A DNA stretch of 64,000 bases from Selaginella moellendorffii (lineage: Eukaryota > Plantae > Lycopodiophyta): NCBI RefSeq assembly GCF_000143415.4, contig NW_003314272.1, forward strand, positions 1,806,374 through 1,870,373. The letters run 5' to 3'. Both the position numbers and the translations under genes were made by a program. The notes below the pieces were generated by a model that was not told where the DNA came from, did no database searches, and worked only from the letters and a program-made list of their open reading frames with translations. Shown piece after piece: positions 37,598 through 51,451 of this stretch. Every line of letters starts with the position of its first letter. Within the stretch, counting starts at the first letter, position 1.

Positions 37598-37608
37598 CTT
37601 CTCTCTCC
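37567..37608 (+). repeat. (CT)n microsatellite / GAGA-type element
   Basis: Visible ctctct... run; further (GA)n at ~37161-37179 and (CA)n at ~38791-38806. Confidence 0.85.
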
Positions 37609-40600
37609 TATCACGGCAATTTGTGGGAGAATATGGGCTTGGCGCCTAGGAGCATGGTCTTCTCCAATCTCCCGCGACCACGTCCCCCTCCCGCCACGTC
37701 ATCGCCAGCTCGGCCAGCGAACATTCTTTTTGGTCGGGGTGGAATCCTCGCGATCAAACGGCCTTTCTTCTTTTTGTACATTTCCACGAAGAGCTCTGAC
37801 TACGCCTTTGCAACCACAAAGCCAAGCCCCGCAAGGTGGAAGAAGTGGAAGATAAGAAAAGACCATGTCAAACAATATATATATGCTAAGTCTCTTTCTC
37901 CGCTAGAAGCTTCAAACAATCTCAAAAAAGGTTGGCTGACCTTAAAGAAATCATCTAGAAGATCACGTGAGATTTCTCTCTCATTGCCAGGACCATTGTC
38001 ACACACAGCTCAATGGTTTTTAGGTTCTCATGCATTTGAAGAAGTATGTGCGGAACCCGGGCTGGGATTTCTTAAATGGAATCCATGTTTGCCTTTTGTC
38101 GTTTTGATCGTCGCAAGGAGAAAAAGGTCGATCCAATCTTCCCCTCGTTGTTTAATCCAATTTGGCTGCTTACGTTCTAAGTGGAGCTTCGCTTTTTCTC
38201 GGGGGGTGGTCTACGTAGGCGCTGGAGGTGGTGGCCAACAAAAACCAACGTAGGCTCCTCTTTTGACTTCTCGAACTTGCGAGGAACCCTAGACCAAACT
38301 CCTTGATCATTCCACAGGACATATATCTATACTAAACATATCTATCGATTGATCTGTGGATTGAGCTTGCCTCTTTGACCTCATTATGAAATCGAGCACC
38401 GAGGTTTTTTATGGAGGAAAAACTCTCTAGAGTGCGTGATTGAAAGCACACAGGCTCCAATGTTGGGAGCATCGACCCAGTTCTTCGTGCTGCTGGTAAG
38501 GAGGCGGACACTAGAACGAGAAGGTTTGATAGATCTCGTATGTATACACTTCCACTTTGTTTGGGTTCCCCAATGCGCTCCACGACCTATAGGCTGGGAT
38601 CAAAGGGTTTGTCTTACGAAACCGGGAAGTTTGTGAACCAGCGACCAAGAGACAGAGAAGAGCTCTCTATCTGTGAATCTCGTTTATAGAGTGCTATAGG
38701 GTGAAATGATCGGCATCTATAGTATATCTATCTGTCTATGAATCTCACATCACTCACACATATACACACAACACTCGCTCGCGCAGCGCGCACACACACA
38801 CACACACTCACACATGATGAATGAATGAGAGGTCTCATTTAAAGACAGCAACAGGATTGAGGAATAGTTAAGTCGAGGTCCTTTCTCTCTTCTGTTGCGT
38901 TTTGCTGTTTCCGTCCCATCCATGAATTGGAAAATCGAACAAAGCCACTGCTGCTTGCTCAGAGAGAACCCTGGCTGGAACTAAGGAATTTGGTGACGGA
39001 GAGAGCGAATGTTCTCGGGTAATATTCTCGAGTATACAAATACGTAGGAGAATTGGAGCAACCCATCATGGGTTTGCAGATTTCTCCTTTCTCGATCGCT
39101 TCCCAAAGAGGAGGGAAATTGGGAGCACCGAGGATCTGATTGATATAAATATTTGATTGGAGATATTCATAAGAGCAGCCAGTCATGCAAACAAGCATGC
39201 CTGAGCAGCTAATCATTTGTCTCGTAAGGAACTTAATTGATCCAATCCAACCATATACTTTCCACCCCGCCACCTTGTAGTTATTACATCCTCACTGTTG
39301 CTATCAAGAACAAATCATCTCTGATGAGCGCTCAGAGCAGCCGAGAGTTTATAGGGTTTCCTTTTGCCAGTGATATTTTCCTTACGAGCAACAACCTGGG
39401 TGGAGAGGGCGTTTTCTACGTGTGACTCGAGTCCCCTCAATCAATTTGGGCTGTGCCAGCAGCAATCGTCGAGAACAGCAATCTTGCCGGTGTTTTAAAG
39501 GCTCGCTTGACAGCGTACACGAGGACACACAACAAGAACAGCACCAGCAAGATCAAGTTAGCCTATCTTATAGCTAACAAAACTTGCTGCTCAAACGTTC
39601 CTGCATCGACTACAAATTTAGGCCGGCTGATCAAAGAGGCGAAATCATACGAAACGTAGGCGATCGCCATCGCTTCTATTCAGGCATTCCTCAATCATCA
39701 TCGCCATGATCTTATCATGCAGCAATAGCCTACTACGTACAACCTGATTTCGATTTCACCACCTTTGCCTTTGGTTCCTTTCAACACCCGAGTTCATGTA
39801 CAGACAGAATCTTCTCCATGATAATCACAAGAACTGCAAACCTTGCGAGATTCTGCACGTAGATCCCACCCGGCCCGGCCCCGAACCGGAACAAAGGTTT
39901 CGGGAAACCACGGGCAGATTCTGCTAGATTTGGATGAAGATCATCCGGATGATCCTAGTTTTAAGAGCTCGTGACAAAAAATCTGGCTCTGTTTGTGGTG
40001 TTGTTGGTTGGACATCAAATCATGACATGCGCATTGATGAGCGTAAGGTCACTTAAGTGGGGCGAAAGCTGTCGCTGGTTTTTTCTCGATGTATGTCAAA
40101 AAGAAGGTGGTGGTGGTGGTGGTGGTGGTAACCCAAGATTACAAGGGGAAAAAAGGCCTATCACCTAGAAATACCCAAATGGACACGAAGAGCGAGAAAG
40201 CGAACTAAAGAGAAAAAAGTCTTCGCCGCCTTTCCCCTGGAACCCAAGACAGAAAACTTTTGGTCGAGCATAACTGGGTTTGGATGTGCGACGGATGACC
40301 ACCCAACTCCGTTTTGGGGCATTTTGATGCGCAGCCTTTAATTGGGCAATTTGGGTATTGACGCCACCAATGGTGGTGAAGCCTTTGGAGCTTTGTTCTT
40401 CGTGAGGGTGGCAGGTATTTTGTTTTCGTTTGGTAGATTTAGCTTACCTTCTCTGTTCTGCCATTCTAGCCCCCAGAAGGAGCAGCAGTAAATTTTTGCA
40501 CACCTTTTTGGTTTCTTCTGCCCGATTCAATGCCAAGAAATCTATGAACGCTCCAAAGATGGCCCAGTTGAGGCATTTGCAGTACAATTCAACATGAAAC

Positions 40601-43029
40601 TCCTGTAAAACTCTGCATTTTCTATCCCTTCAAGCAAATAAAACTACAACAAAAACAACTTTTCCCGAAGCAGATAAGGAAACGATTCATATGCTTTGTG
40701 TCTAGCTGGTCTGAACTGCCCCCACATTTGCCCTACACAGGCAAATACTTTATTACCTTCACAAGCTTCAGTTTGTCTCCAAACTGTTTGCCTATACATG
40801 GATCAACCGGCACCTACACTTAGCCTAAGCTAAACCCGATAAACATCCATGACGATTGGATGTAGTGCTTGTTAAACTCCAGATTGCTCCTCCTTTTGAC
40901 TCCTCTCCAAAGAGGAGGTCTAGAAGAGAGAGACAGCAGCAAAGAAACCCCTCATCAATTCCGCGGTGGGCTTTCTTCTCGCTGGACACTGCACTGCACT
41001 GCGCTCGCACTGGGAGCTGCGACAGCCAGAGCTCCTGCAAGACCTCTGCAAAGAAACACCCCAAGAGATCGATCATGATGGATCGTCAACATCCTTGGCT
41101 CATTGGGTTGTTTTCTCGTATAGCTATATGAAACAGAGAGAAAGAAAAAACTCTGGGCCGGGTCGTCTGTGTCAGTATATATAAACTTTCCCAGGCCAGC
41201 CAGCTTAAAGACAAGCTTGGTGTTTGCATTTCAAATCCAACTGTTGGGCAACAGGGGTCAATGCCACTGGCCTGTTCACGGACAATGACGGTATGGAGAA
41301 TAGGTCTATTTTCCACAATGGTGGCTTGCATCATCCAAGAGTGTTTGTGTGTTGGGTGGCGTTTTCAGAAGGGTTCTTCCTCTTCTTCTTCTTCTTCTTC
41401 TTCTTTCCTTTCGTTTTCTTATCAGCTCAAGAGAGCTGTCCTGTGCACGGCATCGCGATGCCTGATGTTGAATATAATCCCAACCAATGTTTAAGTCGGG
41501 CTTCTCAAACGTGACGATCCAAAAGGTCCCTGCAACTTGAGCGCTGTGCCAGACGACGTTGCCCAGTTTCTCTTTTCTCTATTGCTTTTGTGTAATGCTT
41601 TTGATTCCACCACCACCATCCTGTTCCAGAAGCTCTGTCTCTTTGTCTCCTTCTGTTCTAGCTGTTTCCTCGATAAACATATGTTCTTCTATAAACACTA
41701 CTATACTCTTGAGCGTTTACAAACTAAATCCACACTTAGCACCGTAAGCAAATCTCTGGAAGTCAAAAACGGTCAAGCGGCCGTCAAATACGTCACCCTT
41801 TGTTGACAATCCACTCTCTCTGCGCGAGTTTTAAAGAAGGGCGGGGGTGTCTCAATCATCCACAAAGGCCCAGAAGAACAAAAGTTTCGGGCATATTTGT
41901 CACTACACACAAGTACAGCTCGTCACCGCAGCGAGACCGAGCCGTCGGCAGCTCTAAATGCCCATCCCTGGCATCTGCTGCTGCTTCCTGATCTCTCTCT
42001 CCTCTCCACCTCTGCCACATTTCTTCGTAGACTCTTCCACAGTCAAGCTGCAAGCTTCTGCCCAAGGAAGGGGATAGAACCATACAAAACTACAATGCCG
42101 AATAAGAAAAACCACTTACAAGGCCAGCGATCTATCTCAATCCGGCAAAACTTAAGTTATGTTTGTAGCTCTTATCGTCTCTAGCTAATGCCCGTATCGT
42201 CCGTATGGGGAATCTCACGAATCTCACGAGGTTTTTTTAAACTACGTACGATTTGGGACTGGTTTCCGTGGATTATTCTCTCTATAACTCCACCGCACTT
42301 TGCTGGTTGCTTTGTAAACTCTACGTGGCTAGCTACCCTAAACAAACGAACTGGAATGGAACAAGGTCGCCATATCTTTCCAGCTAAAGTCATAACATCG
42401 AAAGAACATCCTTGTTTTGGTCAAGATACTGTCCGGAAAAACAAAGCCCAAGTGTAAAGAGGGTGGAGAATATTCCATCCCCCACCTAACTTTTTAACTT
42501 CATTTAAGTTAAAGGGACACGCGTCATCATCACCATACATCCCATCCATGCGTGCGCCATATGGTCATACCCATCATGCATGGGGAGCGTACGTACGGAC
42601 GGGATCCGTAGGAATCTTGGCCGCATTGACAGTGCCTGTGGAAGAAAAGCTGCTGAGCCCTCTACGAACAAAACAAAGCCTTGTTTTCCGAGCGTTTGGA
42701 GTCAACTTAGCGCGAGATCGACGTACCGTACTGCCTTTTCTAGCGGGAGATTCTTCGTAATCTTCCCTGCGCGAGAGAGCGACAGTAAGAGAGCGTTGGA
42801 AAAACGCTAAAAGCTTAACCTTTGTGAATTATGGGGGGAGATCGGCTCTCTAGGATCGAGGCGGCCGGAGGGTTGTAGCTTGTAAGGAGTGAGAAGACAA
42901 ACAGCCTGCAAGAGAACCGGAAGTTAGCCCAAAGCCTTTGTACTTACAGCAACTTACCTGATGAAACTGGGAAGGAGAGAAAGTAGGAATAAAAGGACCA
43001 ACTTGGCAAGCATTTCTCCTTCCCTTGCT

Positions 43030-46000
43030 CTAAAGCGTTGGGAACTTTGCGTCGAGAAAATCCCGGAGCATACGAGCAGGCCTTTGGCCACCCATCAGCT
43101 CAGCCAGCTGCTCAAAAGGCATAATGCTGAGCTCCGCCAGGCTCTTACAGCCGTCCATGATTGTTCTGTAATTGGCATCTGTGACTCCAGGCAGACGACG
43201 TAGCATCTCCACTGCGGTCGTGTTGTAATTCTCGGCTCTAAGACGACATGCACATGAGCCAGAGATTTAGATAACGAGAATATAAGTTCTTACCGGACAT
43301 CGCCTTCGATGAGCCCATCTTCCGTTGGAACGCCAACACGCATAGCCCGTTCAGCGTCGGGTTCATCTTGGTTTGCTTTCAAGGTCGCAAACAGCTCCGC
43401 CGTCGCATGTAAACTGCGGGACCATACTATCCGAAGACGAGGAAAGTGCAAAACCAGCAAAGACATCTTGGACACGATATTTGCAGGCACAATATCATCT
43501 CCAACTTCGTTTGCAGACTGGAAACGAAAAAAAATACCGGTAAAATTTTTCAGAAACAATCAAGGGAGTTTGTCACCTGTAAGGAGAAGCTTTTGTCTTG
43601 TGAGAACTCTATGAGAAGGACGGGGAGTCTGTAATAACGTGTCATCGTCTCGGCTTGATGATACAGTCTGCCAGAGGAAAAGCTCGCGTACAAGTCCGCA
43701 ATGCTTTTGCGTTCTACGCAAATTTCTGGCGACAGAACGTAGTCCCCAACTTCTAGTGTCACTGGCAAAATCCGCATGCCTTGTTGATGCAGCACACAAG
43801 GAAGACTGCTAGAAAATTCACGCATGTCGACCACAATCTGATGTAACAGCTTTTATGAGATAAGTGGTAAAAATTAAAAATATAAGGGACCTGCATATGC
43901 TTTTCCATATTTTTCCTTCCTCCGGCTTTCCTGGAAGAGACTGAACTAGGTGCTTGAGGACTTGGCACATCCAATGTCTGAAGAACACCCACCCATGAGT
44001 AAACGAAGGCATAGCCAATAATCTGAATACTCACCTGATCAACAGGAATGATCATCGATGCCTTTTGCCTGATTAACGTTTCAAAGGCCGTTGTTTCACG
44101 TTGGATGCTTGCCTCAAACTTCTTTCCTTCAGTGGACTCCTCGTAGAACAGAAAATATACTTTCAGACGTCTCTGTGGATGTTTGGCCTTGAAAACCTCC
44201 ATTTCCCTGACAAACTTCATGTCTGGATCGTAGACAATCACGTAAGAAGGCCCTGTAGTGTCCAGTATCCGGTACTGGTCACTTTCCAAAGCATAATACT
44301 GAACTGGAGGAACAAGCGATGATGCACCGACGTTTTCCAAAGACATGTCTGTTGCTCCAGTGTTTTGCAAAGGAATCACAGGCTCTTCCGAAACTTGCTG
44401 CTCTGTGTTGTCGGGCCTTTTCTTTCTTTTCCCCTTTCCTTTGCAACGTTTGCCCGAAGTACCGGCCTCGCTGGACTCCTCCATTTTATTCAGTGCTACG
44501 ACTTCAGCGCATGCAGCAAGAAGAGCAGTCTGCTCGACGAGGCCATGAGCACTCTGAGGTTGAGCTTGAGGTTTTGAGCGGCTTTTCTTTTTGTCTCGCA
44601 GGGTCATACCGTGAAGTTCCGCCTTAGCCAGTAAATAATTATTCCACTCCTCTCGCATAAGCTGCAAGCGAGCTAAAAGTCAGTGGCTTTAAAGCGCTGC
44701 TGGCTCTATACCTCTTCCGGTCCTTTCAAAATAAAACGTTGAAGCTGCCAGGCAGTGCGCTCATCCTTGCAAGCCACCAGAACACGAGCTTCACTTTTCC
44801 AGGAATCTTCTGGCAAGTCTGCAGGGCGGCTCTGTATCTCTTGCTGTATTTCCTCTAAAATTTCCTGCATGCAAGCGAGGTGTTACGAGACATTACCCGG
44901 AAAATGTAAAAACTGACCTTATAGACTTTCCACTTGGGCATTTCTTCTGCAACAACTTCCAATTCCACTCCCTTTCCAGAAACTTTGGCGTCTGCCTCCT
45001 CTTCCTCTTGTTCTCTTCTCCTCTTGTTCTTGCTCTGAGCTTTTCCTTTGCTCACAGCTGGGCTTGCTTGCTTGACTAAAGATTCCACCTGTTCTCCATC
45101 CGTCCTCACAATCTGATAAACTCTCCGTTTCGCCAGCTCAAAGATCCGGTGAGCAGGCCCCGCAAAAACCCAGACCGACTTGACACCCTCCGAGGCTCGC
45201 ACCGTGTCCAAGTACTTGAGAAAGGTGACCGCATCGTAGCGTATGAGATACTCCGCAAGCTTCCTCAGCGTCTTCAGGTCGGCAACGAGCCGCTTCGTCT
45301 TTCTTCCAATGGTATGCCAAATGGGATCCAGCTGCATGCGAACGATCTCGTCGAACGACTTGAAGAGGCCATTCTCCACGGTGAGATCCTCCACGTCCAC
45401 CTTGTTGGTCTTCCTCAGCTCCTTCAAGCAAGCGTCCATCACTTCGAGGATGGCGTTTTGTATAGCGAGCATGCTGGGGGTGAGAGGAACTCGAATGTCC
45501 ACCACGTCGGGAGGGCTCTCCTCCAGCGCGGTGGCGATGGAGAGGTGGAATCGAGGCCAGAGATTGAGCTTCTTAACCAGCAAACTCTTCATCACCCTCT
45601 CCATCTTCATGAATCCGGAAGTGAGGCCTCGAGCTTGGTCCGAGATGCCTCTCACGTAGCCTGCCTTGTTCTTGGATCGGTAGAGCCTGACGATGAAAGC
45701 CTCTGCACACGTCTCGGTCATTCTGTGCGAATTATTCACAATAATCCCCGCTACCTTGTGGAAGGGGACTCTCTCGTTGAGCATGTCCACCACAAGGATC
45801 CTAGACGTGACAAGGAAGGCGCCGCCCTTGGAATACATCTCCGCCCTCTCCGCCGCCGTGAACTGCGTGTTGATCTCCACAGGCTGCTCCGCTCCAATGT
45901 CTTGCGCCTGCGGCGAGATTATTGCCGGGGCTCGAGAAGAGCAAGGGAGGATTTTCTCACCTGGAGCTCGTCGCGCAGACCTCTGCGTAGGTCATCCGGC

Positions 46001-46149
46001 ACCGACAGGAGGAAGAGGACGCCACTGGAGGAGGAATGCAAGCGAACGAGAGCGGCGAGGATGGATGGGAGACCGAGGCCCGCGGCGACGACAGCCAGGG
46101 CGTTCTCCTGGACCAGCTCGCTCACAATTTCTTCTTGGAAATTCAGCAT
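43030..46149 (-). CDS. UVH1: DNA repair endonuclease XPF/RAD1 (UVH1)
   Basis: MLNFQEEIV..., [20 protein letters not shown]4 nuclease VDMREF...[19 protein letters not shown] and Hh[14 protein letters not shown]. Confidence 0.97.
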
Positions 46150-46809
46150 TGCAAACTCTTTCCTAAATATTTTAGGGTAACATGTAATTCAATAGAAATA
46201 ATGTTAGAGATGGTCATCATCTTCAGGTCACTTTTCATCTAAGCTCCGTGCTCTACACTCCACGCCTCCATCCATGTTCCAAGCTTTCATGATCCTAGCT
46301 CCATTCAAGCTCCGAGCTCCAAGCTCCAGGCCTTGCTCCTTGCTCCAACTTGTTCCGGGTGTTTGATAAAATTCAACCTTGAGATATGAACCCACTTCGG
46401 TGTTTGCAAGCTTCGTTTGCCTTCCCCAAAACCCTTGGATTCTATGCTTCACTGGCAGAAGGGAAAAATGCCATGATTTAGCTTGGTGCTCCATGAACTG
46501 CCCATTTGCCATAGGGGCTTCGTGTTTGGCATTGGTTTTGGGCGTATCACACTCCTAACTTGATCCTTTCCCTCTGGGCATTGTTGTCCATTAATCTGCT
46601 CTTCATTTTTTTAATAAGAAGTTGATGACTGCTCCACCTCTCCCAGCTCCCTAAGCTCTTTTGTGTCATCTCAATCATCAACTGGGACATAGCTCTACTT
46701 TTTTCTCATCTTCCCTATGCTTGGCCATGTTCTATGCCCCACACTCTATCAATGCTGCTCCATCTAAGTTTGGAGCTCTAGGCATTGCCTTTTGCACCAA
46801 ATGGTACTT

Positions 46810-47756
46810 TGATGTTTTTGTTTGAAATTTCTTAAAATTCAATTATAATTAGAACATCAAATTTTAAACTATAAATAATTTAGTTCCAGTTAAAAAAACT
46901 GGAAATAATAATTATTTCCATCATATACATGGAAATTCTTTATTGTTGATGGTGTGATAATAATGCAAATCTAACATCATTATATTGTTATAATCTTTTT
47001 ACAAATTAGCACTTCCAAAATTGAGTAATATCGAAACAATTAAATATTTAAATATTTAATTTTAAAAATAAGAAGGTAATGTGCTGAATAATAAACATAA
47101 TATTTTTTTAAAATAAAAATAAAAAAAAGGTTGTCAAATTGAAAACTAACTAAATTATTATTGTAATAAATTACAAATTACTTTCATTAATTATCATGTT
47201 CACAGTACAATCATTATTTTTAAAAACATTACTTATGAGTTATTAAAATGAGTTTATAGAAATAGAAAATATGTAAATTTTTATCATCTATATTAAAAAT
47301 TAAAGCATTCATCCTCTGTTGGGTGAACTTAAGAAAAATGACGTTAGCTAGAGGGCAATAATTTTTCCTATATAAAAATAATAGTAATAATATTATCATT
47401 AGTTAGACTTGTATATAGATATAAGTAAAATGTCACATTAGTTTATATTTGTTTTAAAAACTTTCAATCATATAAATATTAATCAATAAAAATACTCAAA
47501 GACAAAATATATATTATTTAAAAGGCTTTTACACAAAAGTTTATTTATCATTTATTTAGGGTTATTAGAAATAAATGGGAAAGAAATTTCATTGAAATTA
47601 TTTAAAATAAATCAAAGTATAACATTCAAAAATTGTATAAGTTTTAAATTTTGTAATTTTAAGTTTAGTTTATTACATGGTACATGTCACTAATCAATCT
47701 TCAACTCCTTTATTAACTAATTTCCAAAAGATCAAAATATAAATTCTAATAGCAGG
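46810..47756. other. Extremely AT-rich island, left half (interrupted by the LTR element)
   Basis: Almost devoid of G+C compared with genic DNA; continues after 52770. Confidence 0.7.
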
Positions 47757-47930
47757 TGTGAGTGCATGGAATATGGAAAGGGAATACAGAAATGTGCATA
47801 TCAATTAACCCAAAAACCCTAGCTTATATACAGGAGCGAGTGGTCCGGATTGAAACCAATCCGACGGCTACCAAAATCCACTACGCTAATATTAGTATAC
47901 GGCATCGTAGCCGTACACTTGGCCCTCACA
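47757..47930 (-). repeat. 3' LTR (174 bp)
   Basis: Identical to 52593-52766 except for 2 transitions. Confidence 0.97.
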
Positions 47931-47945
47931 TCATCCCCTCCTCTC
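47931..47945 (-). promoter_or_regulatory. Polypurine tract
   Basis: GAGAGGAGGGGATGA immediately before the 3' LTR on the minus strand. Confidence 0.9.
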
Positions 47946-47962
47946 AGAATAATGGAAGGCCG

Positions 47963-50900
47963 TTAGGGTTCTCTTGTAGATGGGCCGGGATCTGGAGGAA
48001 CGTCAGGAGGAGGCATCGGTGGATCTGTAGACGGTATTAACTGCTCCTGATCCCTCTGTATGAAGCGTTTTAACCGCTGCACATGCACAATCTCCGGAGG
48101 ATCAGCCTGTTGAACGTCATGCCGAACCTCATAAACTTGTGGTCCAACTTGCCGCAACACCCGATACGGTCCTTTCCACTGCGCAAGGAGCCCCTTAGAT
48201 AAACCACGTACCGTAAGATGGGGAAAACGGACTAACACCAAATCATCCACTTTGTACTCCGCTGGTGGACGATGATGGGAATTGTAGCGCCGTTGTTGTC
48301 CCACTTGTACGCGGCCTAAGTGTTCAGCAGACTCTGCTCGAACAAGTGGAAGAATGCTTGTCAAATATTGATCCCATGACCTAGCATCAGGAGCTCGTGG
48401 CAATCGCGAAGGTAAACCTAGCTCTGTTGGTAATATTGGATCATGACCATATAGAAGTTTATATGGTGAAGCACCAACAGAACTCTGCACCCCTGTGACA
48501 TAAGCATACCGAAGAGACGGCAAATAACCATCCCAATCCGAATGTTGAAAGTTCACATACTTCGCAATCATCCCTTTGAATGTCCGAACGAGCCGTTCCA
48601 CCAGACCGTCTGATTGTGGATGATAAGCACTCGTAAAAGTGTGGCGTATCCCCAACCGAGATGTCAAAACATGAAATACCTCAGCCATAAATGCAGGACC
48701 ATTATCCGAAAGAATCCGTTCTGGACAAGAATGCTGGAACACCACTCGATTGAGGAGGAAGTATCTAACAGCAGTTGCAAAGGCACTAGCAAGAGCACCA
48801 ACTTCCACCTAACGAGTCAAGTAGTCAGAAGCAATAATAACATACTCATTGCCAGCAGTCGATCGCGGAAAAGGTCCCATAAGATCAAACGCCACCAACT
48901 CAAACGGACGAGAAACTGCAATTGACTCCAACCGTCCTTCCGCAGCACAAGGGGGAGTATTACGAGCTTGGCACCAAATGCAGCTACGCACATACCGGAT
49001 AATATCACGTCGCATCTCTGGCCAATATAAAGATCTGCGCAACTTCTCGGTGACACGACGGTGTCCCATATGCCCACCTAGAATAGGAGAATCATGGTAG
49101 GCATGGAGAAACCGCGGAATAAACACCGAAGGCACCACCAGCCGTAAATGAGCATCAGGATCCGTCCCCACAAAATAAAGAAGGCCATCTTCAAGGCGAT
49201 ATTGAGAATGTAAATGCCGAAAAGGCAAGTCATCAGCAAGTGATGCAGGATTCTCAAACCCATCTCGAAGCCTTCGAATCCACGGCTCAATCTTTTGAGC
49301 CTCGCGAACCTCATCCAGAGAAGGTAGATCTTGCTCTACGCCCTGTGGACACTGGACGTCAAGGACAGCAACCGCCGACGGCACAGAATCCTCATCTAGA
49401 AAATCCACAGATGCTGGAACAACAGGTTCATCAGAAACATGAGAAGTGAGTGGAGAAGGAAGAGGAGCTCGAGAAAGGGCATCAGCATCAGCCATAGAAC
49501 TCCCTGGGCGATGAACAACATCGAAATCATATATCTGAAGCTTCAAAGCCCATCGAGCCGTACGACCAACCAGGTTCTTCCGCTTCAATAATGAAGTAAC
49601 AGCAGCATGGTCACCTTCAAGTAACGTCCGAGAACCATGTAGATAGGCATGAAGTTTCTCGAAACCCCAGACTGCTGCTAAACACTCCTTCTCCGTCGTG
49701 GAGTAGTTCATCTCCGCTGGTTGTAATGTACGGCTTATGTATGCAATGGGATGGCGCTGACCAGGCACACTCGAGCTCTCTTGCATCAACACACCTCCAA
49801 GACCAATGTCAGAAGCATCCACGCGCAAAATAAAAGGTCGAGTGTAGTCAGGATATGCCAAAACCGGAGGAGTCGTCAATAGCTCTTTGAGATTCACGAA
49901 CGCCCGCTCACAATCGGGAGACCAGATGAAAGATGATGTTGATGACTTCAGCAACGCTCGCAATGGTAAAGTGCGATCGGAAAGATGATCCACAAAACGA
50001 CCGAGATACTGCACCTTACCCAAAAAGCGCTGCACATCATTCACACACTTCGGAGTAGGGAACTTTAGAACAGCCACAAGTTTGTCAGGATCAACTTGCA
50101 AACCCTCATGAGAAATACGGTACCCAAGATAAGTTGTGTCCTTGGACCCAAACACGCACTTCGACCGCTTCAGCTTTAAACCAACGTCGCGTAGCCGATC
50201 CAACACTTTACAAACATCACGAACATGCTCCTCCCACGTCCCCTCCGAGTGGATCAAGACATCATCAATGAAGTCAGTCGTCACCTCTGGCATATCGCAA
50301 AGAACCTCGTCCATCATTCGCTGAAAAGTTGCTGGAGCATTGTTCAAACCAAACGGCATCACCAAAAACTCGTAAAAACCAAATGGTGTACGAAAAGCAG
50401 TCTTAGGAATATCGTCTTCAGCCATCGGTACTTGCCAATACCCAGAAGCAAGATCTAGCTTGGTGAACCAACGACTTCGCCCCAGACGATCCAAGAGATC
50501 AGCAGTGTGAGGAAGAGGGTACACGTCCAGGATCGTCACTTCATTTAACGGACGATAGTCGATGCAGAAACAAATACTCCCATCAGGCTTCGTCACAAGA
50601 TGAGGTTCACATGCCCAAGGACTCCGCGACTTCCGAATAACACCCTTCTCCAACATCTCCTTGACGTTTGCACGTAAAATCTTGATCTCCTTGGGTGACC
50701 GACGACGAACAGGAACCTTGATTGGACGAGCATCCCCGGTTGGAATGGGATGACGTGTGGCAATCTTGGCCCCAGACGATAGGTCAAATTCAAAGAGATC
50801 AGAATACTCCTTCATGAGCTGATCAACAACTGCAACACAAAGATCATCGGAGGGATCGGAAAAGGGAAGAGCAGAACAAAATGGAAACACAAGAGGAAAT

Positions 50901-51451
50901 AATGGGGGAACAAAAGTAATGGAAGCAGAGGTAGAAGTAGAGGGACGAAGAGGTACAGAAGTGAGAGGAATGGATGAAACATAAGGAAGTATGAGACAAG
51001 GGGGAAAAGCCTCAAAGTCACACTTGGCATGATTGTGCTGCAACCAATCCATACCAAGAATGAGGTCAAAAGCTTGACTCGGCACCACCCGCAATGACTG
51101 CAACTCAAGCTCGAGATCGCCCACACGCACAACTAGGTCCGCCTCATCTCGTGCACATGCATGTGTACGGCCGTTGCCATAAAGAATGAAAACTGGATCT
51201 GCCGCACGACGCAAGTGTAGACGACAACGTGTGGCAACAGGTCGAGCAATAGAAGATAAACTCGAACCTGTATCAACCAACACGGAGAGAAGAATAGGAG
51301 ACCTCTTGTTATAAAAACGAGCTTGGAAAGTAAACACTGGATGAACCGGTGCCGAGTGAACCCCTTGATGATACTCCCGAAAGAAAGATGGAGGGGTCAC
51401 TAACTTATTCGCGCAAGGTCCCTCCATTACTCGCGCGACTCCTCGTTTCCC
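47963..51451 (-). pseudogene. pol: pol (protease, RT, RNase H, integrase) with one in-frame stop at 48809-48811
   Basis: Protease LVDTGSS, RT LDLASGYWQV..MPFGL..FIDD, RNase H DASDIGLGGVL, integrase H-H-C-C and SDNG, and GPY motif. DYLTR*VEV where W is expected. Confidence 0.93.
51388..51451 (-). promoter_or_regulatory. -1 programmed ribosomal frameshift signal (slippery heptamer + H-type pseudoknot)
   Basis: G GGA AAC in gag register, 6-nt spacer, stem 1 UCGCGCGAG/CUUGCGCGA and stem 2 AUGGAGGG/CCCUCCAU. The -1 frame is the pol frame. Confidence 0.85.

Noticed and set aside
37330-43000. Conserved miRNA precursor (miR156/160/166/171/319/408) in the gene-free region
   Set aside because: No convincing mature-sequence match or long hairpin found by eye; not excluded computationally.
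45149-46180. 343-aa plus-strand ORF within XPF
   Set aside because: Antisense shadow of the XPF exon.
47762-48040. Near-identical short ORFs here and at 52598..52786 suggesting a duplicated gene
   Set aside because: They simply read through the two LTRs.
47931-48100. Possible env-like ORF or chromodomain after integrase
   Set aside because: Integrase stops 17 bp before the PPT, leaving no room, and there is no chromodomain motif.
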